Shown one piece after another: positions 44,758 through 53,154 of a stretch of DNA of 64,000 bases. The notes beneath the pieces are model-generated. The model made no database searches, was not told the origin of the DNA, and was given only the letters and a program-made list of their open reading frames with translations. How positions within the stretch are numbered: the stretch's first letter is position 1; each line of letters starts with the position of its first letter. This stretch comes from a virus. The stretch lies in the IMG/VR virus record IMGVR_UViG_3300047550_006186. The stretch is one strand, 5' to 3'. Both the position numbers and the translations under genes were made by a program.

Positions 44758-45605
44758 GCTTTTTGCTGAATCCAGGATTTTAGATCCAAACCACCTGTTA
44801 GCCAATTGTCGGGCAGTTCAGCAGTGTTGATAAACCAACAGGGAGCACTCAACCATATTTCTTTCTCCTGATCATCAGACGTGAATTCGCTCAGGCTAGT
44901 CAATTCAAATCCGTTGGCTTGTGGATCCAACAAATATTCCAACTTTTGTTCCATGGTTGTGCCTGGATGAAAACTCAACAATTTTTTTGCCCATACAAGA
45001 TCCAGAGGCTTTTGTACAGGAATGGGGAAACTAAAATGGTTTATCTTGTCAATGCTTGCCAAATCTTTTTTGAGTTCAGGCCAGCTTCGGGGCCTCCACA
45101 AACTGCGATGAAACCATTTTCTGATGGTATAGCTGATGGCCCCATTCAAGTCAGGCAGTTTCCAATAATCCCCTGCATCAAGTTCCCGCAGTCTGGGAAA
45201 ACTTATCCAAAAATCTGCTCTGCTGGCAACACCAATTGCTGGATTGCCTTCTGGCAACACAAGATATGTATTCCCAAAACCTTCTGCCACACTCAGATCA
45301 TTGCTGGCAATTATGCTGGCGCTGCGGGGTGGATAGTTGGACCACTTTTGATTGTTGTCTATGAACAAGGTATAAGTGTTGTCTGTGTGGGCGCTTGCTC
45401 TTGTGCCAGGGGGCATTTGTGGCTTGAACAAAACAGGTTCATCATTATGGCCCAATCCTCTATAAATTCTGTTGCCTTTGTTGGCTTGTTGGATGGCCAG
45501 TTGTATTCGGGGCAGGGCCTGTGCTAGATCTTTCCAAGTCATGGCTCTGCTCCGGAGTTGCAGGGACTGTTGGGTTGCTTCAACAATGATTTCATGTGCT
45601 CTCAT
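44748..45605 (-). CDS. Hypothetical protein (285 aa)
   Basis: ORF track. Confidence 0.5.
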   Translation of the reverse strand: MRAHEIIVEATQQSLQLRSRAMTWKDLAQALPRIQLAIQQANKGNRIYRGLGHNDEPVLFKPQMPPGTRASAHTDNTYTLFIDNNQKWSNYPPRSASIIASNDLSVAEGFGNTYLVLPEGNPAIGVASRADFWISFPRLRELDAGDYWKLPDLNGAISYTIRKWFHRSLWRPRSWPELKKDLASIDKINHFSFPIPVQKPLDLVWAKKLLSFHPGTTMEQKLEYLLDPQANGFELTSLSEFTSDDQEKEIWLSAPCWFINTAELPDNWLTGGLDLKSWIQQKAAE

Positions 45606-45627
45606 GGTAGAGGTATTTAAGGGGTTG

Positions 45628-45656
45628 ACAATTGTTCAGGAGAGCAGTATATTATG
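45628..45656 (+). promoter_or_regulatory. Sigma70-like promoter TTGACA-N17-TATATT upstream of tRNA genes
   Basis: ggttgacaattgttcaggagagcagtatatt. Confidence 0.45.
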
Positions 45657-45709
45657 TTTATCAAAAGCATACAGCTTGGTGTTGACGCATTGGGTTGTAG
45701 GTTCTGGAT

Positions 45710-45786
45710 GCCCGTGTAGCCCAACCGGCAGAGGCGAAGGTCTCAAAAACCTTCAAGTGTCAGTTCGAATCTGACCACGGGTACCA
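45710..45786 (+). tRNA. tRNA, anticodon CAA (Leu by anticodon) with atypical short variable loop; CCA encoded
   Basis: Acceptor gcccgtg/cacgggt, D-loop with GG, anticodon loop ctCAAaa, T-arm gtcag-ttcgaat-ctgac, discriminator A + CCA. Confidence 0.55.
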
Positions 45787-45817
45787 AATTATTTGATTGA
45801 CTTCAATCATTTATTGA

Positions 45818-45893
45818 GGGGGTGTGGTGTAATTGGTTAGCACGAAAGATTTTGAATCTTTTAGTTCTCGTTCAAGTCGAGGCACCCCTTCCA
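45818..45893 (+). tRNA. tRNA-Gln (UUG); CCA encoded
   Basis: Acceptor gggggtg/cacccct, D-stem gtgt/gcac, anticodon stem aaaga/tcttt with loop ttTTGaa, T-arm tctcg-ttcaagt-cgagg. Confidence 0.65.
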
Positions 45894-46420
45894 ATTTCCT
45901 TTCGTGTCACACTGCGCATTTGCACAGAACAGGGATGACTGCAAAATTTTTGACTTTTGTATTTCGCTACAAATAGGTTTTTACAATAATCACATGGCTT
46001 TTTGCGATCCATAATCTTGGATAATTTTCTGTTGAGTTCTGTCCTATATTGAATTCCGCATGGATTACAACAAAATTTTTGTGTCTTGTATCCGGGTGTG
46101 TAGAGTTTGTGACACTGCAAGCATTCTTTTTGATGACCTTTTATGTCATATAAATCTCGAAGATCCTTTACCTTGTAACAGGTTTTCACATATTTGATAT
46201 ACCCTTGTATCATTACTTTGTCTATAACAAAGACATGAGGATTTTGATCAATCTTTGCTTGGGCTCGTTGACTCATGAATCCTTTGATCTCTATTTCAAT
46301 ATTCTGAACTACAAAATCAGGTTTGTAGTTATGAACTTTATTTTTGTAGGTATACGTATATACCGACTGGCATCTTTCAATCGTGATATTATGATCCAAA
46401 TGCCAGATTAGGAATGCCAA
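45872..46420 (-). CDS. PD-(D/E)xK-like nuclease with C-terminal Zn-ribbons (homing-endonuclease-like)
   Basis: YKPDFVV...IEIEIKG (PD...ExK) and four CxxC pairs; lies in tRNA block. Confidence 0.4.
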   Translation of the reverse strand: MAFLIWHLDHNITIERCQSVYTYTYKNKVHNYKPDFVVQNIEIEIKGFMSQRAQAKIDQNPHVFVIDKVMIQGYIKYVKTCYKVKDLRDLYDIKGHQKECLQCHKLYTPGYKTQKFCCNPCGIQYRTELNRKLSKIMDRKKPCDYCKNLFVAKYKSQKFCSHPCSVQMRSVTRKEIGRGAST

Positions 46421-46543
46421 TTCATATGTGCTGTCACAATTTATCCCTTTGTAACTCCCTTTGTGGCCACCTCCATGCTTATCCTGTTTGAGTGCATTAC
46501 GAGATGCATTGATAGCAAAACAAGTTCTTGAACAAGTAACTCT

Positions 46544-46840
46544 TTATGAATTGAAAGCGGTATTGCAGATAGGGCAAGATTTGGTCCTGTCCTTTTTCTT
46601 CCTGGTCTGTAAACCTTTTATTTGAGGAGGTCTAGGTGTAACAGGTTTGCCTTTTAGTGCTTGCCGTATTTTTTCTTTAGTTGAATCTTTCCTGGGACCT
46701 CTTGATAAATTTCCACATCTTTTGCTGCAAAATTTATTGAGTGATTTGCGATTCCATTTGGAATAAGCATTAAATGTTATGCCACAATGCTGACAGGGCA
46801 TGTAAATATGAGTATTGCTGGACATTGTTAAACCTTTCAT
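46544..46840 (-). CDS. Small zinc-ribbon protein
   Basis: CQHCG...CSKRCG...CPICN. Confidence 0.35.
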   Translation of the reverse strand: MKGLTMSSNTHIYMPCQHCGITFNAYSKWNRKSLNKFCSKRCGNLSRGPRKDSTKEKIRQALKGKPVTPRPPQIKGLQTRKKKDRTKSCPICNTAFNS

Positions 46841-46949
46841 AGTCTAGAGCGGATGGATGTTGGCGCATCGTGATCCGCAATCTTATTTATATCCTTGACA
46901 TCACACCATCGATTGTCTATTATATTTGAGAAATAGATTTGTTGATAGT

Positions 46950-47771
46950 TTATTTGCCCGCGTAGCCCAATAATAAACAGCTTGATTTATTTTTTATTCG
47001 TGTGAGGCCCTGCCGATATCCAACAGGTGGTATCTCGTTTTGTGCGACCCTAATATTCTCTTCTCCATTAGTGAAGATACGTACACCAAGATTTGCCTTG
47101 GATATGTTGGATCGATGTTCATCGGTCATTTCTTTCCTTTTGGGGCAAAGTACAATGCTCTGGTGACCATTATCATGGTCCCATTTTTCGATTCTCTCTA
47201 ATAGTTGGTCATATGTTATAGATGATCCAGCATTCTTTTTGAAGTTGTCTGTAGCTAACAATAAATGGCAATTAGCTGGATGTGATATAATTTCCGCTGG
47301 TATATTGTTTCGCCACCCATCACAGATTGACAGCATATGATCTCTTGTGATGCCATTTTTGTTTGTTACAGGATGATACCATTTGTGAGACTTTGTCAAT
47401 TCAAAGTTGAGTATGCGTGGTTCACTATAAGGATTAAATCGAAATTGACATTCTTTGTGATACAATTTTTTCCCATCTGTAATGGTTTTGCCCATTTGTA
47501 ATTTGGTATTCCTAACAGCAGTTCTTACATCCTTGAGTTGAATCTTGAGGCAATTTTTAATGAACATAGCAAAATTTGTATGTTGAATTGAGAATTTATG
47601 AGCTATTTGATTTGGGGATAGATTGCTATTGTTTATTTCATGAGAAATAACTTCTTTGAATTTTTCTACGTCTTGATAGGTGATATGAGCTTGTGGTTTA
47701 TTCAAAACCAATGCCGTATATTTGATAATAGCATGCTTGGTTTTTGGGTATAGATCTTCTGGATTTGACAT
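46950..47771 (-). CDS. HNH-like endonuclease (homing-endonuclease-like)
   Basis: ITRDHMLSICDGW...ANCHLLLATDNFKKN (HNH core). Confidence 0.45.
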   Translation of the reverse strand: MSNPEDLYPKTKHAIIKYTALVLNKPQAHITYQDVEKFKEVISHEINNSNLSPNQIAHKFSIQHTNFAMFIKNCLKIQLKDVRTAVRNTKLQMGKTITDGKKLYHKECQFRFNPYSEPRILNFELTKSHKWYHPVTNKNGITRDHMLSICDGWRNNIPAEIISHPANCHLLLATDNFKKNAGSSITYDQLLERIEKWDHDNGHQSIVLCPKRKEMTDEHRSNISKANLGVRIFTNGEENIRVAQNEIPPVGYRQGLTRIKNKSSCLLLGYAGK

Positions 47772-47868
47772 TGGTTGCGACTCCTGTTATATATTGGTGG
47801 TGGGACAGCCTGGAGAACTCCGTGCCGGGTTTTTTGAAGTTCCTACCTTCAAAATTACCACAAGTATT

Positions 47869-47897
47869 TATGCTTGACTTTGAAGCAAGATTACGAT
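47869..47897 (+). promoter_or_regulatory. Sigma70-like promoter TTGACT-N17-TATAGT upstream of tRNA-Leu
   Basis: cttgactttgaagcaagattacgatatagt. Confidence 0.4.
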
Positions 47898-47943
47898 ATA
47901 GTATAAACGTTGCAGAAGAGGATCCGCCACCCCTTCCAAAATT

Positions 47944-48085
47944 GCCCCTGTGTCGGAATAGGTAGACGACGCGGACTTCGGAGAAAAGGGTACCAAGCCC
48001 TGATATGGTGCGAATCCAGAATCTCCGCTCTAAAATCCGCTGATCTTAACAGGTCGTGCCCGTTCGAGTCGGGCCAGGGGCACCA
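47944..48085 (+). tRNA. tRNA-Leu(UAA)-like gene interrupted by a 53-nt insertion between anticodon positions 34 and 35; CCA encoded
   Basis: Exon-like halves GCCCCTGTGTCGGAATAGGTAGACGACGCGGACTT | AAAATCCGCTGATCTTAACAGGTCGTGCCCGTTCGAGTCGGGCCAGGGGCACCA match class-II tRNA-Leu(UAA); insertion 47979-48031. Confidence 0.5.
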
Positions 48086-48114
48086 AACCCTCCAAGATCG
48101 AGGCACCACACAAA

Positions 48115-48372
48115 ATGGCACGTTCAACAGACAAAACAGCAATTGTAATGAGAAGCCTACATCTTTTTGAAGAGGATGACAGACACATACGGGGGCTGGC
48201 AGCCAACCTGGGTTACAGTAAAGGTGATCTATACAGAGGTATTATCAACCAAGCATTAGAGGGCCTTGAGCAATTTTCCCCAGAAGATCAGGTGAGAATT
48301 TTGATCAGTTGGTATAATCGGGGAGTTTTGTCTCAGCCCAATCAAGGTTTAACACATTTTTGGATAGATTAG
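48115..48372 (+). CDS. Hypothetical small protein (85 aa)
   Basis: ORF track; between tRNA genes. Confidence 0.4.
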   Translation: MARSTDKTAIVMRSLHLFEEDDRHIRGLAANLGYSKGDLYRGIINQALEGLEQFSPEDQVRILISWYNRGVLSQPNQGLTHFWID

Positions 48373-48375
48373 TCC

Positions 48376-48404
48376 TTGACATTTTGCCTAGAATAGATTA
48401 TATT
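48376..48404 (+). promoter_or_regulatory. Sigma70-like promoter TTGACA-N17-TATATT upstream of tRNA-Gly
   Basis: ccttgacattttgcctagaatagattatatt. Confidence 0.45.
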
Positions 48405-48441
48405 CTGGCATAAGATTTAGATGCAGGTGATACTGCAATTA

Positions 48442-48516
48442 GCATCCGTCGTATAGTGGTTATTATATTGCGCTTCCACCGCAATGATGTGGTTTCGATT
48501 ACCACCGGATGCTCCA
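48442..48516 (+). tRNA. tRNA-Gly (UCC); CCA encoded
   Basis: Acceptor gcatccg/cggatgc (7/7), D-loop AGTGGTTA, anticodon stem ttgcg/cgcaa with loop ctTCCac, T-arm gtggt-ttcgatt-accac, discriminator T + CCA. Confidence 0.8.
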
Positions 48517-48640
48517 AATCATTTATATTCTGCTACAAATTCATCACGATCAGTAATACGTATACGCCCTGTATTGATAATTTCGATACATTTGTCTTGA
48601 TGTTTGAATTCCTGCGCGAATTCCATAATTTTTGTAATCA

Positions 48641-50029
48641 ATAGTTATTGAGATCATATATTTCTATAACTGATCTTATATTTTTTTAACAGAGGGACTA
48701 TATGCTCCTCTGTTGCGGATATTGATAGCGCCATTCAAGTGGGCATCTACTTCATATCCACAACTCAAACACGAGAATCTTTCGCCTTGGCGTGATTGCT
48801 TGTGTTTGACCCCGCATGCACTGCAAGTTTGCGATGTGTATGCTGCATGTACGCGAGTTAACCGGACGCCGTTCTCTTCGCATGCATGTTCTATCCTTTG
48901 CTGGGCCAAGCCCACTCGCCAGAATTGATTTCGTCTACCCCATTTGTTACCTTGCTTGATTTCACTCAAATCTTCCATGACCAAATGGCTGAGTTGATCC
49001 CAAGGTATATCGTTTTTGATGGAGTAGTTTATTTGGTTTTTGAGTTCAGTTCTTGCCCTTGCATGAGATTTGCTGCGTTGCTTGCGACGGGCAATAACTT
49101 CCAATATGTCTTTAATTGGTCTACCAGTTGTATGGGTAGTTTCTATGTTGCCGTTGGAACAAGTGACCAACTTGTTTCTGCCCATGTCCACACCCATGAT
49201 GGCCTGGTTGCATCGCAAGGCTACATCTTTCACAAAATAAATTCCTAGACTACCATCTGAATTAACACGCAAACAATTGGTTTTCATGACAAAACCACGT
49301 CGCATTAGGTCTTGCATGTGACGTGTGGGTGTGAATGGGATGAAATAACTACCACGAGGAAATGATGTGATCTTGATCCAGTGACTGGCAATCTTGCTTG
49401 TTTTGTTGGGTTGTATGTCAATAAATCTTGAATCTAGCTCAATGTTCACTGAGTTAATGTCAATGGACAAGCTTTTGTTGTTCCATTTGTCTAATATTTC
49501 TTGTTGGTATTTTTGTAGGTTGCTGGCTTTTTGAGCCAATTTAACTTTCTCTTGAATTGATCTGACCACTGCACTGGCTTGTTTGGCACACACCTGGCTC
49601 AACCGAGATGGCAATTGTATCTGATCAGTAACGTCTTTGTTCGCAAATTTGGTTATTTTATCTTGATATAACTGGTGATCAACTAGTTTTTGTAGTTCTT
49701 GTCTATAGATATCAAACGGCTGCATCAACATCAAGTGTTTGATGTGATTGGCTAGTTTGGGTCTGTAGGTTGATATCCTAGTAATCTTTGGCATTTGTTG
49801 TATTATTTATGTTTTATCATCAATCAATTGATGATTATTAGTAATGTCACACATATGATAATATATTTTAATTTAAGGCCCATTTAATGGTTTATAACTG
49901 AATCAAGTAGTCTAAATTGATTTCCCTGAATTCAAGGAGTCAGCCAAATAGGTAATCATATGTGTAATTTATTGGTTTTTAATAATTGCATACAAACACT
50001 TGCGAAATGAATGAAAATATGTAATACTT
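48641..50029 (-). mobile_element. IS200/IS605-family element B (tnpB only), full copy
   Basis: Ends defined by comparison with deleted copy at 31202-31644. Confidence 0.7.
48676..49794 (-). CDS. tnpB: TnpB (IS605 OrfB family), second subfamily
   Basis: 372 aa; C-terminal TSQTCSACG...CLSCG zinc finger + RuvC-like motifs. Confidence 0.8.
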   Translation of the reverse strand: MPKITRISTYRPKLANHIKHLMLMQPFDIYRQELQKLVDHQLYQDKITKFANKDVTDQIQLPSRLSQVCAKQASAVVRSIQEKVKLAQKASNLQKYQQEILDKWNNKSLSIDINSVNIELDSRFIDIQPNKTSKIASHWIKITSFPRGSYFIPFTPTRHMQDLMRRGFVMKTNCLRVNSDGSLGIYFVKDVALRCNQAIMGVDMGRNKLVTCSNGNIETTHTTGRPIKDILEVIARRKQRSKSHARARTELKNQINYSIKNDIPWDQLSHLVMEDLSEIKQGNKWGRRNQFWRVGLAQQRIEHACEENGVRLTRVHAAYTSQTCSACGVKHKQSRQGERFSCLSCGYEVDAHLNGAINIRNRGAYSPSVKKI

Positions 50030-50164
50030 CCAACGTTAACGAGCTTTGGAAATTCTTTTTGCTATTTTCACTAGCCAACATCAACCGGCAATTCACAGGA
50101 TGGCCCAATAACAATGGATGAATATTCAAATTCATTCCATTCCTTACACTTAAGATATGATCTC

Positions 50165-51451
50165 TAGTGAACTACCACGCCCTAAAGGGCTGTGGCTTCC
50201 TGCTTCATCGTGCTGGCTGATATCTCACCCCAATTGGCGAGAATATCTGCCATCACATCCACAGGCGCTTGGGGCAGTTCCTGCCCTGCATGATCTATTG
50301 TCCATTGTTGATGTCCCCAGTTGCGGATGTTCACTGCTGCATTCGTGTCCCTGTGCTGAGTGGTTCCGCAATGATCACAATGATATTCTCTTTGCTTGAG
50401 ATCCATGTGACTTTTGCGTGCACCACATGAGGAGCAGGTCTTGCTACTGGGTAGCCACTGATTGATCTTGACAAGATGATGGCCTTGCCTTTGACATTTG
50501 TAGGCCAATGCACCAATCAACATAGCCCAGCCAGCATCAGCTATACACTTGGCTGCGGGCTTGCTTTTTCTTTTCATCTCATCAATTTTCAGTGTTTCAA
50601 CACACACCAGGTCATGTGATTTGGCTATTCTCGCACTTGTCTGATGTATATGGTCGAGTCTTTGGCAGCGAACCAGATCATAGGTTCTTGCCAGTCGTGT
50701 TTTTGCTTTCAGTCTATTCCTACTTGCTTTTTGTTTTCTGGATAGCTTGCGTTGTAACTGTTTGATACGTGCTTGTTTCTTCACCAATGGCTTGGGATTT
50801 GCAACTAGCTCACCAGTTGATAGTGCTGTGAATTTGCTGTTGACATCCACCCCTACCGGGTTGGTTATGTTTTGAACCAATGGCAGTTCCAAGACATCAA
50901 CCACAAATGAGGCATACCAACCACGTGGTGTTTGAATCACAGTCACACCCTTGAATGTGGGTAGATCTCGATGGAGCACAATCTTGATATCACCAATCTT
51001 GGGTAGATATAGCTTGTTGTTGTCAACTCGAACATTTTGTTGATATCTAAAGCTAACAGGAGTTGTGTATTTGCTTTTGAATTTGGGGAATCCAGCACCT
51101 GTTTTCTTGATATTTTTCAGTGCTGTATCCAAGTCACTTATGCTTTGTTGTAGCACTTGACTGTAGGTATCTGATAACCACGGGTTGTGTTTCTTCAATT
51201 CAGTCAGTTGTTTGCACATGTCAAACTGCCAAACAAATTTTTTGTTCAATTGATATTCATCAATGTTTACACGTAGGAAATGGTTGTATAGATATCGCAC
51301 TGCTCCGCCCACAGAACGCATCTGTTGTTCTTGAGCAGGGGTTGGATAAATCCTATAGCGATATCGCTGTTTCATAAATCTATTTATATAATCTATTCAA
51401 ACAGCCGCTATCCATCCAGGGCCTAAAGGCGCCTGGCTTTCCGCGGCGGGA
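50165..51451 (-). mobile_element. IS200/IS605-family element A, copy 2
   Basis: Same RE/LE as copy at 39711-40996. Confidence 0.75.
50182..51375 (-). CDS. tnpB: TnpB (element A copy 2)
   Basis: About 93% identical to ORF 39727..40920. Confidence 0.85.
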   Translation of the reverse strand: MKQRYRYRIYPTPAQEQQMRSVGGAVRYLYNHFLRVNIDEYQLNKKFVWQFDMCKQLTELKKHNPWLSDTYSQVLQQSISDLDTALKNIKKTGAGFPKFKSKYTTPVSFRYQQNVRVDNNKLYLPKIGDIKIVLHRDLPTFKGVTVIQTPRGWYASFVVDVLELPLVQNITNPVGVDVNSKFTALSTGELVANPKPLVKKQARIKQLQRKLSRKQKASRNRLKAKTRLARTYDLVRCQRLDHIHQTSARIAKSHDLVCVETLKIDEMKRKSKPAAKCIADAGWAMLIGALAYKCQRQGHHLVKINQWLPSSKTCSSCGARKSHMDLKQREYHCDHCGTTQHRDTNAAVNIRNWGHQQWTIDHAGQELPQAPVDVMADILANWGEISASTMKQEATAL

Positions 51452-51994
51452 GGTAACTCCATTTGTATTGAGTGGCAAAGTTGATCTACCACCACATGAA
51501 TACCATCCATAAACTTTAAGTAGGTTCAAATCCATTATGCTAGGGTAGCACTGGACATCAAATTTGAATGCAGCAAGCGAGTAATAAATCTCCTTGAAGG
51601 TTCTTGTAGGTATTTCATTATTATTGTTGAATCTAGATAGTATAGTCTTTCTTTGTTTATTCCTACTTTGTTGCGATCGATGAATATTGGTAATCCGTGA
51701 GGCGCATGAATTACTGCAATATTTCGCTTTCGACTTGTGAAAGGATTCCCAAGTGATACTGTCTCCGCAAGCAATGCATTTGTTAGGATCCATATCATAG
51801 ATTAGTTTTTGTTGAGCATAAGATGCTTGTGATCTGATTTTCTGATTGCGAGCATTCTCTCTATTGCAGCAGGTCAAATTACAATATTTCTTTGATCCCT
51901 TGGGCAAAGGTTTACCACATTCTCTATAATGGCAAAATAAGATATCTTGAGTTGTTGACTGATCAAAAAATTGTGAGTAAATATTATCAGACAT
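51380..51994 (-). CDS. Zinc-ribbon-rich protein whose 3' end runs into the IS left end (C-terminal tail encoded by LE)
   Basis: Multiple CxxC pairs; C-terminal RRGKPGAFRPWMDSGCLNRLYK is the translation of the IS LE. Confidence 0.4.
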   Translation of the reverse strand: MSDNIYSQFFDQSTTQDILFCHYRECGKPLPKGSKKYCNLTCCNRENARNQKIRSQASYAQQKLIYDMDPNKCIACGDSITWESFHKSKAKYCSNSCASRITNIHRSQQSRNKQRKTILSRFNNNNEIPTRTFKEIYYSLAAFKFDVQCYPSIMDLNLLKVYGWYSCGGRSTLPLNTNGVTSRRGKPGAFRPWMDSGCLNRLYK

Positions 51995-52241
51995 TGATTG
52001 TTCCTTTTCAACAATGATTGTTTAGAGGCCCTTGATGTTCGCAGCATCCGGGGCTTCGATATTATTTATAGTTGACATTAGGATTGAATAGCTATATTAT
52101 AGGCAAATAAGATAAAGCCCTTGTACCAGCCCTGGTTTCTACCCAGCAGAAGCTGTAATTGGAGGCGATAGCATCAATGTGGGTTCGAATCCTGCCAAGG
52201 GCGCCAAACTATCCCCCCCAAATATTTCTCTAAATATCCAT

Positions 52242-52685
52242 ATGAAAATCCAAGATTTGACACCAACCTTTTATCATGGTAGCTCAACCTATCTTGAACC
52301 TGGAACAATTCTCACTCCCAGAAATCAAGACTATGAGCAAGATTGGCAACACACAGATTTTTACAATGTGTTGGAAAAATATCGACCCACCAACAAACCA
52401 GCACACAAAAACAGTGTGTTCATGGTAGCTGATCCTGATGACATAGATTTGGCAGGTGGAGGAACAGATTGGATTTTCACGGTCAAACCCAAGGGCCCTG
52501 TGAGCAAGCATGATCTCAACTGGAGCAGTGAAATTAGCATGCTCAAAAGTGACGGATACAGTGATGATTCACCCCAAATACAACAAGCTGCAAAAAATTA
52601 TTGGACGGGTGTGCCACACTACAACGAAAGCGTATGGGAATATCTCACACCCCAGGCTGAGATTTTGGCTGTTCAAGAGTATTAA
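52242..52685 (+). CDS. Hypothetical protein, MKIQDL N-terminus family
   Basis: Internal ATG of ORF 52179..52685; N-terminus MKIQDLTPTFY. Confidence 0.4.
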   Translation: MKIQDLTPTFYHGSSTYLEPGTILTPRNQDYEQDWQHTDFYNVLEKYRPTNKPAHKNSVFMVADPDDIDLAGGGTDWIFTVKPKGPVSKHDLNWSSEISMLKSDGYSDDSPQIQQAAKNYWTGVPHYNESVWEYLTPQAEILAVQEY

Positions 52686-53119
52686 ACTCTAGACAATCCA
52701 TCCTGCAATTGACGCAAGGATATGCCATGTTGTTGGTAACCCCTGCCTACATCTCTCACATAACCAGCATCTGGCTGGACACCAGGCATATAACTGGGTT
52801 CCATGATATAAGCCATGGCCTCTATTACTCTGTGATCCTGCATGTGAACCTCCACAGGAATTCTGGCATAATGTTCATGCAATCCTTCATCATGATCCAG
52901 AATATTCAAATCCCGCCGGGTTATTCTCCACACTACTCCCTGCACTTGACTCCCATCATGATTTTGAATATTGGCATATTTGTGAAAGGACAATTGGAAA
53001 TTGTGTAATACTCCCACACCCACAAATTCAGCACTGGGCGCCCTGTCAGTCATTGTGTCAGTATATGTGTTGTGCCCATAGGCAAAATAGTACACAGTGT
53101 CTAGATCTTGAATCTTCAT
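52682..53119 (-). CDS. Gamma-glutamyl cyclotransferase-like (AIG2/GGCT family), MKIQDL N-terminus
   Basis: VYYFAYGHNTYTDTMTDRAP..FVGVGVLHNFQLSF..GVVWRITRRDLNILDHDEG..YARIPVEV. Confidence 0.55.
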   Translation of the reverse strand: MKIQDLDTVYYFAYGHNTYTDTMTDRAPSAEFVGVGVLHNFQLSFHKYANIQNHDGSQVQGVVWRITRRDLNILDHDEGLHEHYARIPVEVHMQDHRVIEAMAYIMEPSYMPGVQPDAGYVRDVGRGYQQHGISLRQLQDGLSRV

Positions 53120-53154
53120 GCAAGTATTTAAACTTGGCGCAATGTAAATATTGG

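Noticed and set aside
47979-48031. Self-splicing group I intron in tRNA-Leu(UAA)
   Set aside because: The insertion is at the canonical site but is only 53 nt, with no terminal G. This is far below the minimum group I core size, so it is reported as an insertion of unknown nature.
52096-52185. tRNA-like 3' half (T-arm gtggg-ttcgaat-cctgc, acceptor caagggc, CCA) with a matching 5' acceptor gcccttg 80 nt upstream
   Set aside because: No acceptable D-arm or 7-nt anticodon loop could be folded; the best stem gives an 11-nt loop. It is probably a tRNA remnant or a chance match. A tRNAscan-SE run would settle it.
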